From Pavona decussata (Eukaryota), in contig CDRNST010000095.1 in assembly GCA_977016875.1 (NCBI GenBank), positions 62,001 to 126,000 of the forward strand: 64,000 nt of DNA, in the 5' to 3' direction. The notes under the pieces are model-generated. The model was not told the origin of the DNA. It saw only the letters and a program-made list of their open reading frames with translations, and ran no database searches. A program made the position numbers and the translations under genes. Positions 34,218-47,521 of this stretch are shown one piece after another (the stretch's first letter is position 1; each line of letters starts with the position of its first letter).

Positions 34218-34784
34218 TCCAACACCGAAACGTTTTGAAAATGAAATATATTAGTACATGTTCAGTTAATCTGATATAAAAAGATTTGGTACTAATTTTC
34301 ATGTTGCTATGACATCCTTGAGAAGTTTGGTGTTCAAATCCACCACCTCTAATGCTAAGTGAAATTGAAGTATCGACATTAATATTAAAAGTGCAATGTT
34401 ATTTCGACTATTTCGTTACGAACGAGAGTAAACTACAATTGTAATCAGTTACATACTCAATATTTTATTTTAGTTAATATCAGTAATAGCTGCAAGGAAT
34501 AAGTACACTTATAGACTAGAGAATGATTACAACGTCAGTAATGTTTTCTCCTGGCAAACGCGACAAGCGGTTGCAATGAGCGACGGCTGTTTTCGCAGGC
34601 TACGATTTGCTTTGAGGTCGTACGATATTTTTGTAAACAAATAAATATTATATCGGACTGATTCCCGCGCGCGATGGAAAAGTCCGCCTGTAAATCGGAA
34701 TTGTAAATACTATCTAAATTCGACAGGTATATAAAGTGAAATCAAAGTAAATTATAGCAAAAGCTGAAAGAGTAAAGCGCTCAC

Positions 34785-35100
34785 TTCTTGATGGCGTTCA
34801 CGTTCAAGGCGACGTTCCTCGATAATCGTGGCGGGCCATAAGAAAACCGGGACGGTATAGCATCGTCCGTCAAGTTTCCCCCCATTAACTGTTACCGGAG
34901 GTCGGTAACTTAACAGCTCGGCTCGAAATGGTCGCTGCAAACATAGCTGTGTTCGAGGGGAGGCATATTTTCCGCCTTATTCGTTCCAGCCATGCATTCG
35001 TACGGTGGTCCAGTGGGATACTGGGGTAAGTGACCTTGTCTCCGGCCTTCTTTGTATTCTCTGAATGATTCTTATAATCAGGTACACAACAGCTCACCAT
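34785..35100 (-). pseudogene. THAP zinc-finger remnant (N-terminus of the transposase)
   Basis: MVSCCVPDYKN...IP...AWLERIRR, then after a frameshift YVCSDHFEPSC and DAIPS (AVPT-box-like); stops and frameshifts; no DDE core follows. Confidence 0.75.
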
Positions 35101-38100
35101 CTTTTAGATGAAATCGATTAGCTTGTCAAAGGGCGAAATTCGAAATAGAGAGAGCAAAACGATTTTTTAGACAGTTCTAGCTGCGTGTTTATAGATTTCC
35201 ATAAACCCGCGAAAATGCTTTGACGATTCTACGTCATAACTTACTGCTGACCACTGTAACGCGGCCCATTTTCTCCAAGATGGCGGCGTTCCATTCGCAT
35301 TTTTTGGTCGTCTTTCAGGTAAAATATCTGAGCTGTAAGAAACTATTAGTAAATAAAATTATCAAAAATTGAAACATGGTTCCAAGGCCAAACATCCAAA
35401 ATAACTTCATTTTTACCCCGGAGTTCCCCTTTAACAGAAGTCAATTTTTGTTCGCTTTGAATACCAAATTTTTTAATCTTATTATTTTTATGAAAACATT
35501 GGCCACGTACCATGTCCGTAATAACTGTGCAATCGGCAAAAAGACATTTAAAAATATACTTATCGGGCCCGGTAAGTTACCGGGACTTTCGGGAAACGGG
35601 CCCCTGGGCGCATTTCGTAGGCCCCTAAACTAGTTTTCGGCTCAAAGATTTTGTATATGAAGACTGCAGTTATTAACGGTCTAGCAATTTCAAACTTGAG
35701 CGTGGAAAACGATCGTGCGCAGTCACTGTACTTTGATCGTTTTAGAAATAGAATATAAACAAAGGTCACATCTTCCACTACAGCTTCAAGGATCTGAAGG
35801 ATTGTCGCTAAGACCGTCCGGAGCTGGGTGACTTAATTGGGTGAGCAAGCCGTCCAAAGAAAAGCTTGCATGTCATGTTCCTCTGTTTATTGTTAAACAA
35901 TGCGGGTTCATGTTTGACTCTGGGGGAGAAACGTTTAAGGCTGACAGTGATTTCAACAGAAAGCTACATGTTTTGTGGCAATCTCGCTCCCAGGGACGAC
36001 TGATAGACGTGGTTCATGGAGTTATACTTATGAGTCTCTGGATGAGACCAGTCAAATGAAAGATGCCGAGCAGCACTTTTATATATACAGTGTTGCTATT
36101 TGGTTCGTAATATTTAACAAGAATGATATTCAGGATATTTCCGTGCATGCGTGCGTGCGTGCGTGCTTTGTGGGTGATTGCGTGCGCATTTTCCCTCTGG
36201 GGCACGACGATTGAATGACGCGCGCAAAGTGGCGATAACTTATTGTTCATTGATTTCTGACATCACGCGATAAATAGAGCACGCTTCCAGCGATAACAAG
36301 CTGCGGTTGATGATTGACAGAGCGGCAGAGAATCATTTCCATGATCCATCCGTCGAGATCACACGACAGAATAATTGAATTTGTTTGTAAAAGTCGAGCG
36401 CGCAATTAATTTCGCAGGCTTACTTTGTAGCGTTACTAATCGTGCCAACAGCCGAAATATCGTCAAATAAGCTTAGATTTAACCTTCTTTCTCAATGGTG
36501 GTTTTTATCAGAAATCGCCGGTTATTTTTGTAACCACTTATCACTTGCACTAAAGATAAAGATAAAATGAAAAGCATACGGGAAAAAATATGGTTTGGGT
36601 ATCTTGGTCGGCTACCTTTTGAGTCTGTGGACGAATTCACATGGTCGTGTTTAACTAGGCATCTATTTATATGCCGAACAAAGCGTTCCTAAGTTTTGAT
36701 GGTCTGTGAGGAAATCTTCAAATCTGTGACCATTTCAGTCACTGAACGGACTTTAATTTAAGACGGTGCTGTCTGTTATACTGCTGGAGGTGATTGACAG
36801 ATGAAATCCTAAAGCGTGACTATTCAAATGAAAGCGTCTACAAGTTGCGATGTTCTTTTTGCAGTTTTTTCTAAATCGAAATTTTAGATGAAAAAATAAA
36901 AGGGATCAATCTTGTCTCCGGTCCTCTGATTAAGGGGTTAAAGGGCCACCTTCAAAGCAATTTAACCTTGAGAAATTCGTCATGTCCCACGCGATGGGGA
37001 AACGAGAAACTGAAAACAGCGTGATATGTTGAAATACTGCCGAAGGGTCCCTGTGATTTGTTTTTGTTTGAGTCGGTTCACAGTTACAACTGGCTTGAAA
37101 TCAACGTTTATCTTCACTCTGAGATACGGAATCTACGCTTTTCCTCACGTTGGATTTAGTTTCGTGTTCTCAGGACAGGAAAAGTGATTTTTTTTCTTGA
37201 CCTAAAGTTTTATGGGAGATATACAACTCGACTAAACCGAGATTAGTAATCCGGGAGGGGGGGGGGGGGGGGGAAAGCGGAAAGAAAAGAAGCTAGAAGG
37301 GGTGATGGGGGGAGGACGATTTGATACAAGTTTCCAAGGGGTGGTGTGGTTCCTTTGATCTGTTACAGCGGACTATGAGGCATAACATCCCCTTTATTAT
37401 TGAGATATTGGCCTTAAAACGAATAAACCGGAGGGAAAATCAAAGTAACCACAAAATGGTAATTGGATTTTAAGTAAGCGATTCAGATATATTTGTCTAC
37501 ACGGGGTGTATAAAATGAACGCTAGCAAGTCTTGGGAGGGGGGACATGCAAAATGAAAATTGCCTTGCATGGGCCAAAAGTTTCAGAAACGGGCGGAATT
37601 CACTTCCTCTCCAAAATATGTCTCTGAGAGCTATCTCTCACTTTCCAAGGCTTAATTTGGAAGGCTCTAGATAGGCTCCGGCGAACGTGACTATTTAATC
37701 GCTCAACGGATGAAAACAAATAGTCGGCCGAGATATGAGGGTAAAGCGATAAGAAACGAATTGGATAAACAATTACTATACATCAATACCAACGCCAGCT
37801 ATTTTTGGTCTCGAATAGATTGGTTACAGGGGCTGTCATTACTGCGTTCCGCATAGTCAATTGAAGTTAATACATCGTCGCAGATGTTTTTTGCTAACCG
37901 TTCTGTGGGAATCTCTACTCAAACATGTTTCGATTCGTTAGAGAGTTGTAAACTTCTATGCCAAGTAATTTCATTTTTTCCTTGGGATATTTTTGATGGC
38001 ATGGAAATATCAGTGATTTGCGGTAGTTTACGTATCAAGAACTTTGTCGCGACTTGGTTTCCCTGAGATATCTCGATTTAGATTACCGAGTGCAAATTAT

Positions 38101-39058
38101 AAAAACCTGTTTAGTAGAACTCGTTAGCTTATGTTTGGGGATAAAGGTTACGCAAACTTTCAAGGCAATGAACGAAAAGCGTATTAATGTTTTAATACCT
38201 ATAAGGTTGTTTCGTGCGTTCCACCCGAGTGATTTGTTTCCCATCGACTCCCGATGACATTAAGTCAGCGTGGAGGAAACGCATTCACATTTTCTCACGA
38301 AATCACAGTTCGCATTCACCGGTGTACTTAATGAGAAGAAAAAACGCTGCGATAAGTTCCAGAAAAAAAGATTCACGCTCAACTTAACATGACAGGGCAT
38401 TTCCGGCGCACTTTTTAACCCAGTTGGAGTTACCCGTTTTCTTTTGACTCGCTTTATCTGCTGGAATGCAAAAAAGCCAAACAGATTAGCGCTAAGAAGC
38501 AAAACGGAAGATAAATAAGGTTCCATCTGATGGCTTCTTGACAGTTGAACTTTTGGTATTCTTAAGTCCAATGCTTAAACTTCAATGAATAGGACATTTA
38601 ACAGCGTATTTACGAAACAGAACGTGGAAGGCGCCATTGAGCAAAAAACACTGGTCTTAATTTAATGAGCGCAAAGGGAAAATAGAATTTTTTGAACCAT
38701 TTCTTTTGGGACTAAATCGAAATAACAAAGGGGTGCTACAAAAAGAACTAAACGAAAGCTTTCATTTGCATGAAGCAACTTTAGAGTTTAATCCACAGAC
38801 TCAAAAGTATAAATCTTTTTTATGACATGAAAGGAAAAGCTTAAATATATGAAAACAAGGGATTGGGAGAATTTAAGGTAATTAAACGTCAACGAAATTT
38901 GCACAAAGCTTGTACATGAACTACGCGCTACCAAAAGGCCTGTTCATCAGTTAGAAGGTAAATAAAACCCACCGTGTTTGCTAAGATAACTAAAGCTTTT
39001 AAAAACACTTGAAACTATGCGTTACTTTTGTAAGAACAAACAAGAAATGTAATAGTAC

Positions 39059-39425
39059 CTCGTAATCCTTTCTTCGTTGCAGCATCCTTGGCTCTTAACA
39101 GTTTCCGTATGGCGGGGTTGATTTTTTGTCTAGAGACGTTTACCAGCTTTGCCTCAATCAACTCGTCTAGAGATTGACTCCAATCGCTCATAAAGGTCGT
39201 GAGATCCTTTAGCGAAACGCATTTAGACTTGAAGTTTTGCTTTGTCCATGCGGCTTCATCTGGACTGCAGCGAACTTCGTCTTTCACGTCATCTCTTTCT
39301 CGCGAGGACACCAGCGGCCCTACGATAATTCCAGCGGCAAACGCTGCGCAGATCAAAGCAAAAATTGCAGCGTTGCAGAGCCATGTTTTGTACGAACGAG
39401 GAAAACTCTTCTTGTCTTCACCCAT
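39059..39425 (-). CDS. Type II membrane LamG/C-type lectin protein, exon 1 (short cytoplasmic tail, TM, stalk)
   Basis: MGEDKKSFPRSYKT followed by hydrophobic WLCNAAIFALICAAFAAGIIVGPLV; donor CGAG|GTAC, phase 1, matches the 29467 exon; TATA upstream. Linkage across a 9.6-kb intron is inferred. Confidence 0.7.
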
Positions 39426-39504
39426 GTCAGACAGCCGGACACTTCAACGAGACACGCGCTAACTCGGTACTCTGACGAACTGGTTCGGGAATCTGTCTTG
39501 ATAG

Positions 39505-39515
39505 CTTATATATAT
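39505..39515 (-). promoter_or_regulatory. Candidate TATA box of the lectin gene
   Basis: Minus-strand TATATAAG about 80 nt upstream of the ATG at 39425. Confidence 0.45.
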
Positions 39516-40824
39516 TGAGCTGTCAGCGAAGGTCGCGATAGGTCGTGAAATTAATACATCCCCGGCCCCGTATTGCTTTCTATTCTCTGCGTGGTTTGGA
39601 GATCAGTGATCGTAAACAACATTACATTTTATCGCTTTCCCGGTTCTATGGTTTCGGGGAGCGCAGAATTAGCCAATCGCGGCAGCTATGAGCTCGTTAA
39701 GAGTTTGCGAACTACTCTGGCGACGTGCTTTAAGCGGTCACATGTTGCGTTAGCAAGCGCTAGCGTTTCCTTTTGATTGGTTCTTAATTTATCCTGTGGT
39801 TTTATGATTTATTACCCACGGCCACATGTGTACATACAGTAATTTTTGGTACGATTTCAGGAACGTATCCCTTGCCAAATATTTCTCAGGTATTCGGTGG
39901 TGTTTATGATTCTAGTCTCTTATCGGAAACAAAAGGTATTAAAGGAGTTGCTTTGCGGCACGATAGTTGGTGATAAAGTTTCACCAAAAAAATGTAAATA
40001 CAAATAAACTTTATCATAAATTTAAAAGCTACATACCATTGCAAAGCACGTTCTAATGCAATTTGATATAAAATTCAATTTGTCTCCTGCGAAGGGTTCA
40101 GAAATCTTAAAGATAAATCTTGTCCAAGTTCAGTTATCACCTAAACAACGTAGTCAATTCTCGTTTTTTAGCGTTTAGTTTATAAACGAAACCGTTACTT
40201 TTTACAACCGCTTTTCCGTGTAAGCTCATGTCCAAGCCCCCAGTGATGCCCAGCGTACTCTATAATTTCTCTTCACAATATCACTGCTTAAGCAAACCTA
40301 TAGGTGACGAGAATAAGAGAACTGATCACAAAAAACAAAATGTCCTGATGTTTAAACAAATTCTCCCTACTAGTGCCCTAAGAAATGTATGAAGAAGAGT
40401 AAAGAGAATGTAGATGGATATGGGGGCTGCAAGTGTCTAGACTTGAGTCATTTATGCAGTTGAGAGTTCCTGTGTTGCCCGGTGTTTATGATGCTGCAGA
40501 CTAAGGTGGTTCTAACTTTTCAATCCACGAACGAAATCTTGAAGCTAACTATTCAAATGAAAGCTACAGAACAGTTAGTTTTCGTGGTTCTCCGTCATTA
40601 TGCTGCATAGGGTGTTAAGTGCAAGCATTCAAACAAAAGTGCTAATGTTTGTTATGTTGTACTGCGAGGTAGATGAAATTCAAAGGTGTGGTCATTCATC
40701 AGTAAGACCTCCTGAGAGTACTGTCTTGTGATGAAGCTGTTTACGGGTGCTGTACAATGTGCCTCCATTATTTTTCCTCAGGGATAGTAAAGCGAGTGTG
40801 GGTAGAATCCTCGTAGACTTTGTA

Positions 40825-41777
40825 CAGTGGAACCCCGATCTACGGACACCCGCTTAATACGGACACCGGGATATTACGGACAGTTTCGTTTGTCCCGACG
40901 AAAAGCTCATATCTATTTTCTCTAAAATTAAGCCGCTAATACGGACACCAGTTAATACGGACAGCAGACACTTTTCTGTGTCCCGAGTGACAAACTCTCA
41001 TACGTCGTCAACCCCGCTTTACGGACACTGGTTATCTAGACTATGTACGCACGGTCTATTTTCATTCACCTATGCTTATACATATACATACATATCCTTT
41101 ATTTAAACATGATGGGGTTTAAAGCTCAGAGCTTGTGGGGTCGTTTGAAAATAACTGATTACAGTATAAAACTATATTAAAATGGTGATAACATTACATA
41201 CAGAACAGAAAACAAAATTTTGACTACAGCATATTAAGGCATAAAATGTAAAATATTCAGTAGCATTTGAAATCTTGGTATTGTAGACAATGTACGCGGT
41301 CAAAATTATGACATATTTCTACGGGTTAATACGATTTTATTATAAAAAAAGAAACAGTAGCAAAACAGTGTGCCTAATGTTTGATCAGTCTGCCTTTCTT
41401 CCGGTGTTTAACCCTTGACTGAAGTCTTAACTAAAGTTTTCTGCCTACTACTACACAAAAGTCAGTTCTCCCCTTCTTCCTCTTTGACGTCCTTTGCTTG
41501 CCGCTATCAGCATCAGCCTCCGAGCGGAAGCTGATGCTGATACGACCTTGATTCCGTTGTCGTGTTTCAAAAACAATAAGTAATTGGGAGACTATATGAT
41601 ATATGACCGCAAGAAAGGTTACAGTTACAGGCGTACAGTTTAGAAATTAAACAACGTTTGTCTGCTTCAGTCTTTGTATCGATAAAACATGTGTCCGCCT
41701 GTCCGTGACGTTTTTTCTGATAGCACGGACACTTTGGCATGTCCCCTTGGCCTTGGTGTCTGTATTAACCGGGTTCC
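40825..41777. mobile_element. Tc1/mariner (pogo-like) non-autonomous element, degenerate right end
   Basis: TA|CAGTGGAACCCCG followed by several TACGGACA(C) repeats; inverted GGTGTCTGTATTAACCGGGTTCC near 41777. Confidence 0.6.
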
Positions 41778-42939
41778 TCGTCTTACCTCCTGTGGGGAGG
41801 TAATACACGTCCCCTACAAACGACTGCGTGGGAGGCTACCGTACCTCCTAATCCAATGACCATTCAAGTGAAAGCTCTGAAGCAGTTTTTTCGGATGCTT
41901 TCATGCCTTAGTCGTTTTTGACGAGAAGAAGAAGTTTTGCAGTTTTAATTTAACCAAACCGATCCTGTGAAGGGTTCAATTGAGCGCAGTTGTCGGACAT
42001 GCACGCTGCCAGGATTAGCTGACAACGAGCACTTATAATTAGCACGTCTCGACTCCAGCCGCAGAGCTATAAACTACAATTTTTGATCATATTAAAATGA
42101 ATGAAAAGCTACTCGACGGCATCAGACGGCATCCACTCAAACAACGATTTGTTGTCTTCTAAGCAATGATGTAAAGAGAAATAAACAAATAAAAAAAATT
42201 AAGTTTAAATTAATTTCTCATTGGACCTGAAGGTACGTCCTAGCCTGGGAACAATTATGGTCGGGACCTTATGAATATTCACATTGAAACAATCAACTTA
42301 ATTTATTTTATATTTTTGGAGCTAATTTAATCTGTTATCAGACACAAAATCATTGCCGTCACCGTAATTAATTTTACATCATTGTCAACAAGGTCAAATG
42401 GCAACACAAACTGAAAACCTGGCGAGCAGCTTTGATTTACACCAGGATTTACACTAAGAAGAACTGATTCTATCACCTCACGATATACTTTTAACAGCCC
42501 TGACATATTACAGTCTTAAAGGCCTTCATATATTTTGAGACTTTACGTGGAGGTCATGGATTCAAATTCCGTTCAAGCCTAAATTGTAAGTTTTTGAAGC
42601 TTTACTCAAGTTGCGTAGATCAGTGCTGCGCGTGCGATGGTCTTCCATGAGCGCGCAGTGATTGGCTCCACGCTGTTGCGGTCACCCTCCAAACTCCTCT
42701 TAAATGTCATGTAACTGTAACTATTTTTTCCTTTTTTTTTTGGCAAAGCTAATAAAATCAAACCAAATCAAATGAACTAAATGCCCTTAAAACTTTCATC
42801 CGCAGTTATAAACCTGTTCCAGAGGTTCAAAAGGTGGGGAGCACACAAAAGAAAGTTGCAGTGCAAGCGAATATCTTTCGTTCGTGCACTAGTTGTCGCT
42901 GCTCACCATAATCGTAACGCCTACAACACGCTTCCTAGT

Positions 42940-43390
42940 TCCTCAGTTCAAATATGTGATTTTCCATATTTTTACTCTCCTTTTCCATCCTCCAGGGCTT
43001 AATACGAACTCACAATATGGTCAGCTCCCAGTCGGCTCAGCACCAGTATCACGGAGATCGTGGGTTCGAACTCGTTCAAAGCTGATTTTTTTTTTCAGGC
43101 TTTCTTTTCGCAGCTACTCAGGTTTCGGCGATAATTGCGAAGATCTTCCATGTGTTTACAAAATCTTTCACCCGCAGTTCAATTATATGACATTCCATAT
43201 ACTCATTCTCATTTTCCATCCCCCAGGGTTTATTACGAGCTCACAATATGACCAGCTCCCAGTTGGCTTGATAGCTCAGTCGGTAGAACACTGCACCAAT
43301 ATCGCAGAGGTCCCGTTTGAGCCCGGCTGAATTTTTTTCCTGGCTTTCTTTTGGCAACTTCTCAAGTTCCGTAGCTAGCTGCGATGGTCT
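42940..43390 (+). repeat. Two tandem ~240-bp units of the tRNA-like repeat family, degenerate
   Basis: CAGGG(C/T)TT(A/T)ATACGA(A/G)CTCACAATATG..CAGCTCCCAGT at about 42993 and 43224, each followed by a partial tRNA-like head and a T-run. Confidence 0.65.
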
Positions 43391-45431
43391 CCAGTTCATT
43401 AAAATACTTTTTTTTCTCTTGTGTAATTAAAAGTTGCCAAGGAGAAAGAGTATATTTATTGGCAAACATGAGCAGTTCCAAGAAGCCCAGCAGTTTTCCA
43501 AGAGCGAAGTGTGAGGATGATGCGAGCCTCCAGTCACCGATGATGTCTAAGGACAAATATCCGTTCATATTTTGAAAACCAAATAGAGGTTTAATTCTTT
43601 ATCCTTCAAATATTCTAGCAGATGATAAGAAAGCTCGCGTTGGACTCAGTTAATGTTTTCTGGCACCTCCTTTCGACAAGTATGATCCAACATCAAAATC
43701 TTGAAGAAAAAGTTTTCAGCTACTCCAAGTGACTCGTCCCTAGTTTGAAAACTGGGGGATTTCACATGAGGAATGCGGAGTTGGCTATCTATCATTTCAT
43801 ATGCAACAAGCGAATAATTGTTAATTAAAAACAACCAACAACTATTGCTGATTTCATTTTGTAAGAAAGACCAGTGATGGTGATTTAATGACCGCTATTT
43901 CTCGGGCATGGTGTCATGGCTGAAAAACTATGACCGCTAAACCAATCAAAATTCTGGAATCAGATATGTGCCAGTTTTATTTGGGAGCGTGTTGCATCAC
44001 ACGGTGGTTTTTGATTAATCGCAGGAAAGCTGAAACGTTTTGCTGAATTAAAACAGGTGTTATACGACTACTATAAACTCCCAGGAAACCAAAAATGGTC
44101 AAACTACGATGCCTTGCCGCAATACCGATGAAATTGATCATCTAGAATCAAAATGATATGCAGTTAATTTGAAGAATTAATAATGCATGCTTACGGGAGA
44201 AAAGACGCCGATCCCATCGACCACCTTACACTCACTCTCCCACAGTCAGACCTTTGTCGCGGTATATGGTGTTAACTTTTGGTTCTTGTGTGAAAAGCCA
44301 AGATGTAACAATCCTAGACAGTCACATGAAAGGCTTATAAGTATTAATTTTACTGATATGGTACTGTATATTATGCCATACAAAGTAGCTCTCTAGTGAG
44401 TCTTAAGTGTGACTACTCATTGATGAAATCCGTGATTGAGCATTTCTTGACTGTGATCGATCAGTTAAAACAATTATCCCACGAGCGCACCTTGGATGAG
44501 ATGATGGATAGCCAACGAGGCGTGTAACGCAAAGATGACTAAAATTATCTCATATCCAACAACGGCGAGTAGAATAATTATTTTATTAAAACAACTGGGA
44601 AATATTGTTAGATCTTGCTGATTTCATTTTGAAAGAATGGCCAAAAAGACTATTAATGGCTGCTGTTTCTCTTTTCAGGGGTATAATGGCTGACATCTCG
44701 ATGACCACCTTGAACAGTCTGGCCGCTAAGCCAATCATAATTATGGAATTGCATTATCCAATGAATAAAGGTCTCTTAAAAAGTTTCTTTTTACTCAGAT
44801 ATACGGGGAATGAGAATAAAGGAAATGACAACAAGACATAAAATTCTGTTTATCAGAACTTCTCGGCCTGGCTAAATGTCTATACTGGAACTCAATGGCT
44901 GAATGGTTCTTACTTAAGGATTTCATATAAAAACTGAAAAGTCAGAACGACGGTACAACATAATCAACAGCAACACAGGAGAGTGAATTTCATCCACAAG
45001 ATCAAAAATTAGAACCACATTGCACGACTAGAGAATTAACTCGGTGAGTTGAATGTGTACATCTGGCCAAGAATGAAAAAAAAAATGTAGTGGATCTATC
45101 AATTGCGACACTATGTTGTCAAGAACAGCTGTCGGCCAGGTGTTTATATCAGCATTGGTTAATTAATCTGTGATAACTCTCACAAGTCTCCTTGATCAGT
45201 GATAAACACATGCGGATTGTCTCCTGTTGAGTAGCTATTCATGGCTTTACTAGCTATTGTGAATGTGGCTTATCCTACAGTTCGAGTGGTGAAGGAGACG
45301 GATAATTCCATGGCCATGGAACGTTCGTTGAGTTTCTCGATGTTCTCGAACGGCCTCGCCTTATATCACACCAAATTGTCCAAACTGGGATAATTGGGTC
45401 CACGCGGTTCGAAACCCCAAGGCCCATCTGA

Positions 45432-45729
45432 GACTAAAATATGTCAGTGATGCTTCATAAACTTTTACAGATCTAACCCCAGTATCGCTGCCTTCTTGTA
45501 CGTTAAAAGTGTTTAATATTAGGGACAACATCTCCAGTTTCAGGTCAAAATGATGAAAAATGTTTACCCAGTTCCAATTTGACTAAAATATGTCAGTGAT
45601 GCTTCATAAACTTTTACAGATCTAACCCCGGTATCGCTGCCTTCTTGTACGTTAAAAGTGTTTAATATTAGGGACAACATCTCCAGTTTCAGGTCAAAAT
45701 GATGAAAAATGTTTACCCAGTTCCAATTT
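45432..45729. repeat. 149-bp direct tandem duplication
   Basis: 45432-45580 and 45581-45729 are identical except for one A/G. Confidence 0.9.
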
Positions 45730-47474
45730 GAAACCAAAACTGCTTAATGAGAAACCAAATAGCTTATTGTACAGGGACGACCCCTCCCACTCGGGTTCAC
45801 CATGTCTGACCAAACTTCACCAAATTTCGACCTCTTCCTGTCAGACAGGTCTCCTTTTACCGCCATGGTTAAGATTAATTCCCCACAGCATCCGCAATAC
45901 ACATGGAGAAGAGGGGATAATCATTCTATATTGATTATATTGAATTCCCTACACATAGCCGCTTATTAAGATAACAAAGTGACATTGTGCCATCTCATAG
46001 TTCCATGCAGAAATATTTTAAAATCATGGAAAATCTACGTTTATAGACTTATTTTAACAGTAGAATGTCTAAAACAACCATTTGGTGGCGGCAAGCTTCA
46101 TTCATTTGTTGGTCCTCTTCGTCCCATAATTAAGTGTACACATACGGCATTCAAGTGAAGACTCTTGCCCATGATCGAACTACTAGAAGACAGACAAGGC
46201 CAGGGCAGAGGATGTCATCAATACGTTCTGTAGCTCGGTCATGAGAACAGGGTCCAAGTGACAAAGTTTTGTAAAATTGGTCTGGTCCATCAGTGACAAA
46301 ACAAAGATAATTTAATAAATTTTTAACTTGCTATACTGGAAAATACCTTTGATAAATTAGGCATGGCTCAATGTCTTTAGCAGGTTAAAGAGGCTTGGTT
46401 AAGTTATGCGACGAAAATTAGGATAAAACCTAAGTTGGCAAAGATTGTCGACGCTTTGGAGACTTAATAATAATTGATTAATGGTAGGGTTTAGCTTGTA
46501 TGCACTGAAATACGTCCGTCAGGAGCTCATCTGTGATCGTCATGGGCGCCTGAATCCTGATCCGTCTACTCAATCATTCCTTTCGGTCCAATCAGCTACC
46601 TGGGATTGTTCTAGTAGGTTTGGCGGAAGTCATTCAGAAAAACGGCATTGAAGCAGTTAATTTTTTTACCTCTACCTGTTGTACGAGCATTGTGATAATT
46701 TTGGAGCCATTATACAGTTTCGTTAACACTTAGTTAGAGGTGAAATGACACTCATCATAGGGAAGCAGTGAAAAAATTTTTTCATCCGATGGACAATATC
46801 ATCGAAAAACGTTAAAATCTTTTTCACCAACTGAATTCTTGATGTTGTTGCCAAGCAAAGTATCACGTTGGAGATACTGAGACTTGTTTAAAATCGAGGG
46901 AGCTTAGCTGCAAGCTTGCTACGATTTGAAACAAGAAGTCTACAACGAAGGTGCGATGTCTTAAGATAACAAAAACGCCAAATTGACGCAATTTGAGGAG
47001 TGTCTTAGACTGGATGAGACAAGATTGAGCGTTGTTAACAAGGATGATGCTAGCTTAAGTTTATCGAAATCCCAGAGTTCGACTGATAAACACAAGCGTT
47101 TTATCAGTATTGCGAATGACATTTCTTCTAATTCTAATTAAAGACTGCAAAACATACTGCCCTTTTAAGTGAAGAATAAAATAGTGCGACCGTGGGACGC
47201 ATCGTGGCCTTGAAAGATTCCACCAGTGGTTGTTTCACAGTGTATTATACGATTTAGCATGCAAATATCAAAGTATTCGATAAAAACAAGAAATTAGAGG
47301 GTAAATGCCTCGTTCCATCTAGCCAAGGGCACTCAAATCCTGAAACTGTTGTTTCCTGATTTTTCCAGATTTTGTTAGGCCATTTAAAACAGCCAGCGCA
47401 GTTTGATCTGTTCCGGAGGTTCCAAAACATTTTAGGGGATGAAATCTCATTCCCAGAATTTCCCAGATGCTTCC

Positions 47475-47521
<47 letters not shown>
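47475..47521. repeat. (CAA)n microsatellite
   Basis: Direct reading. Confidence 0.95.

Larger units (their letters stand above)
32743..35430. mobile_element. Kolobok-type DNA transposon relic, internally deleted
   Basis: TTAA at 32739-42 and 35431-34; termini AGGGGAACTCCGG...CCGGAGTTCCCCT; ~160 bp imperfect TIRs; carries convergent P2X7-ballast-like and THAP pseudogenes. Confidence 0.82.
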
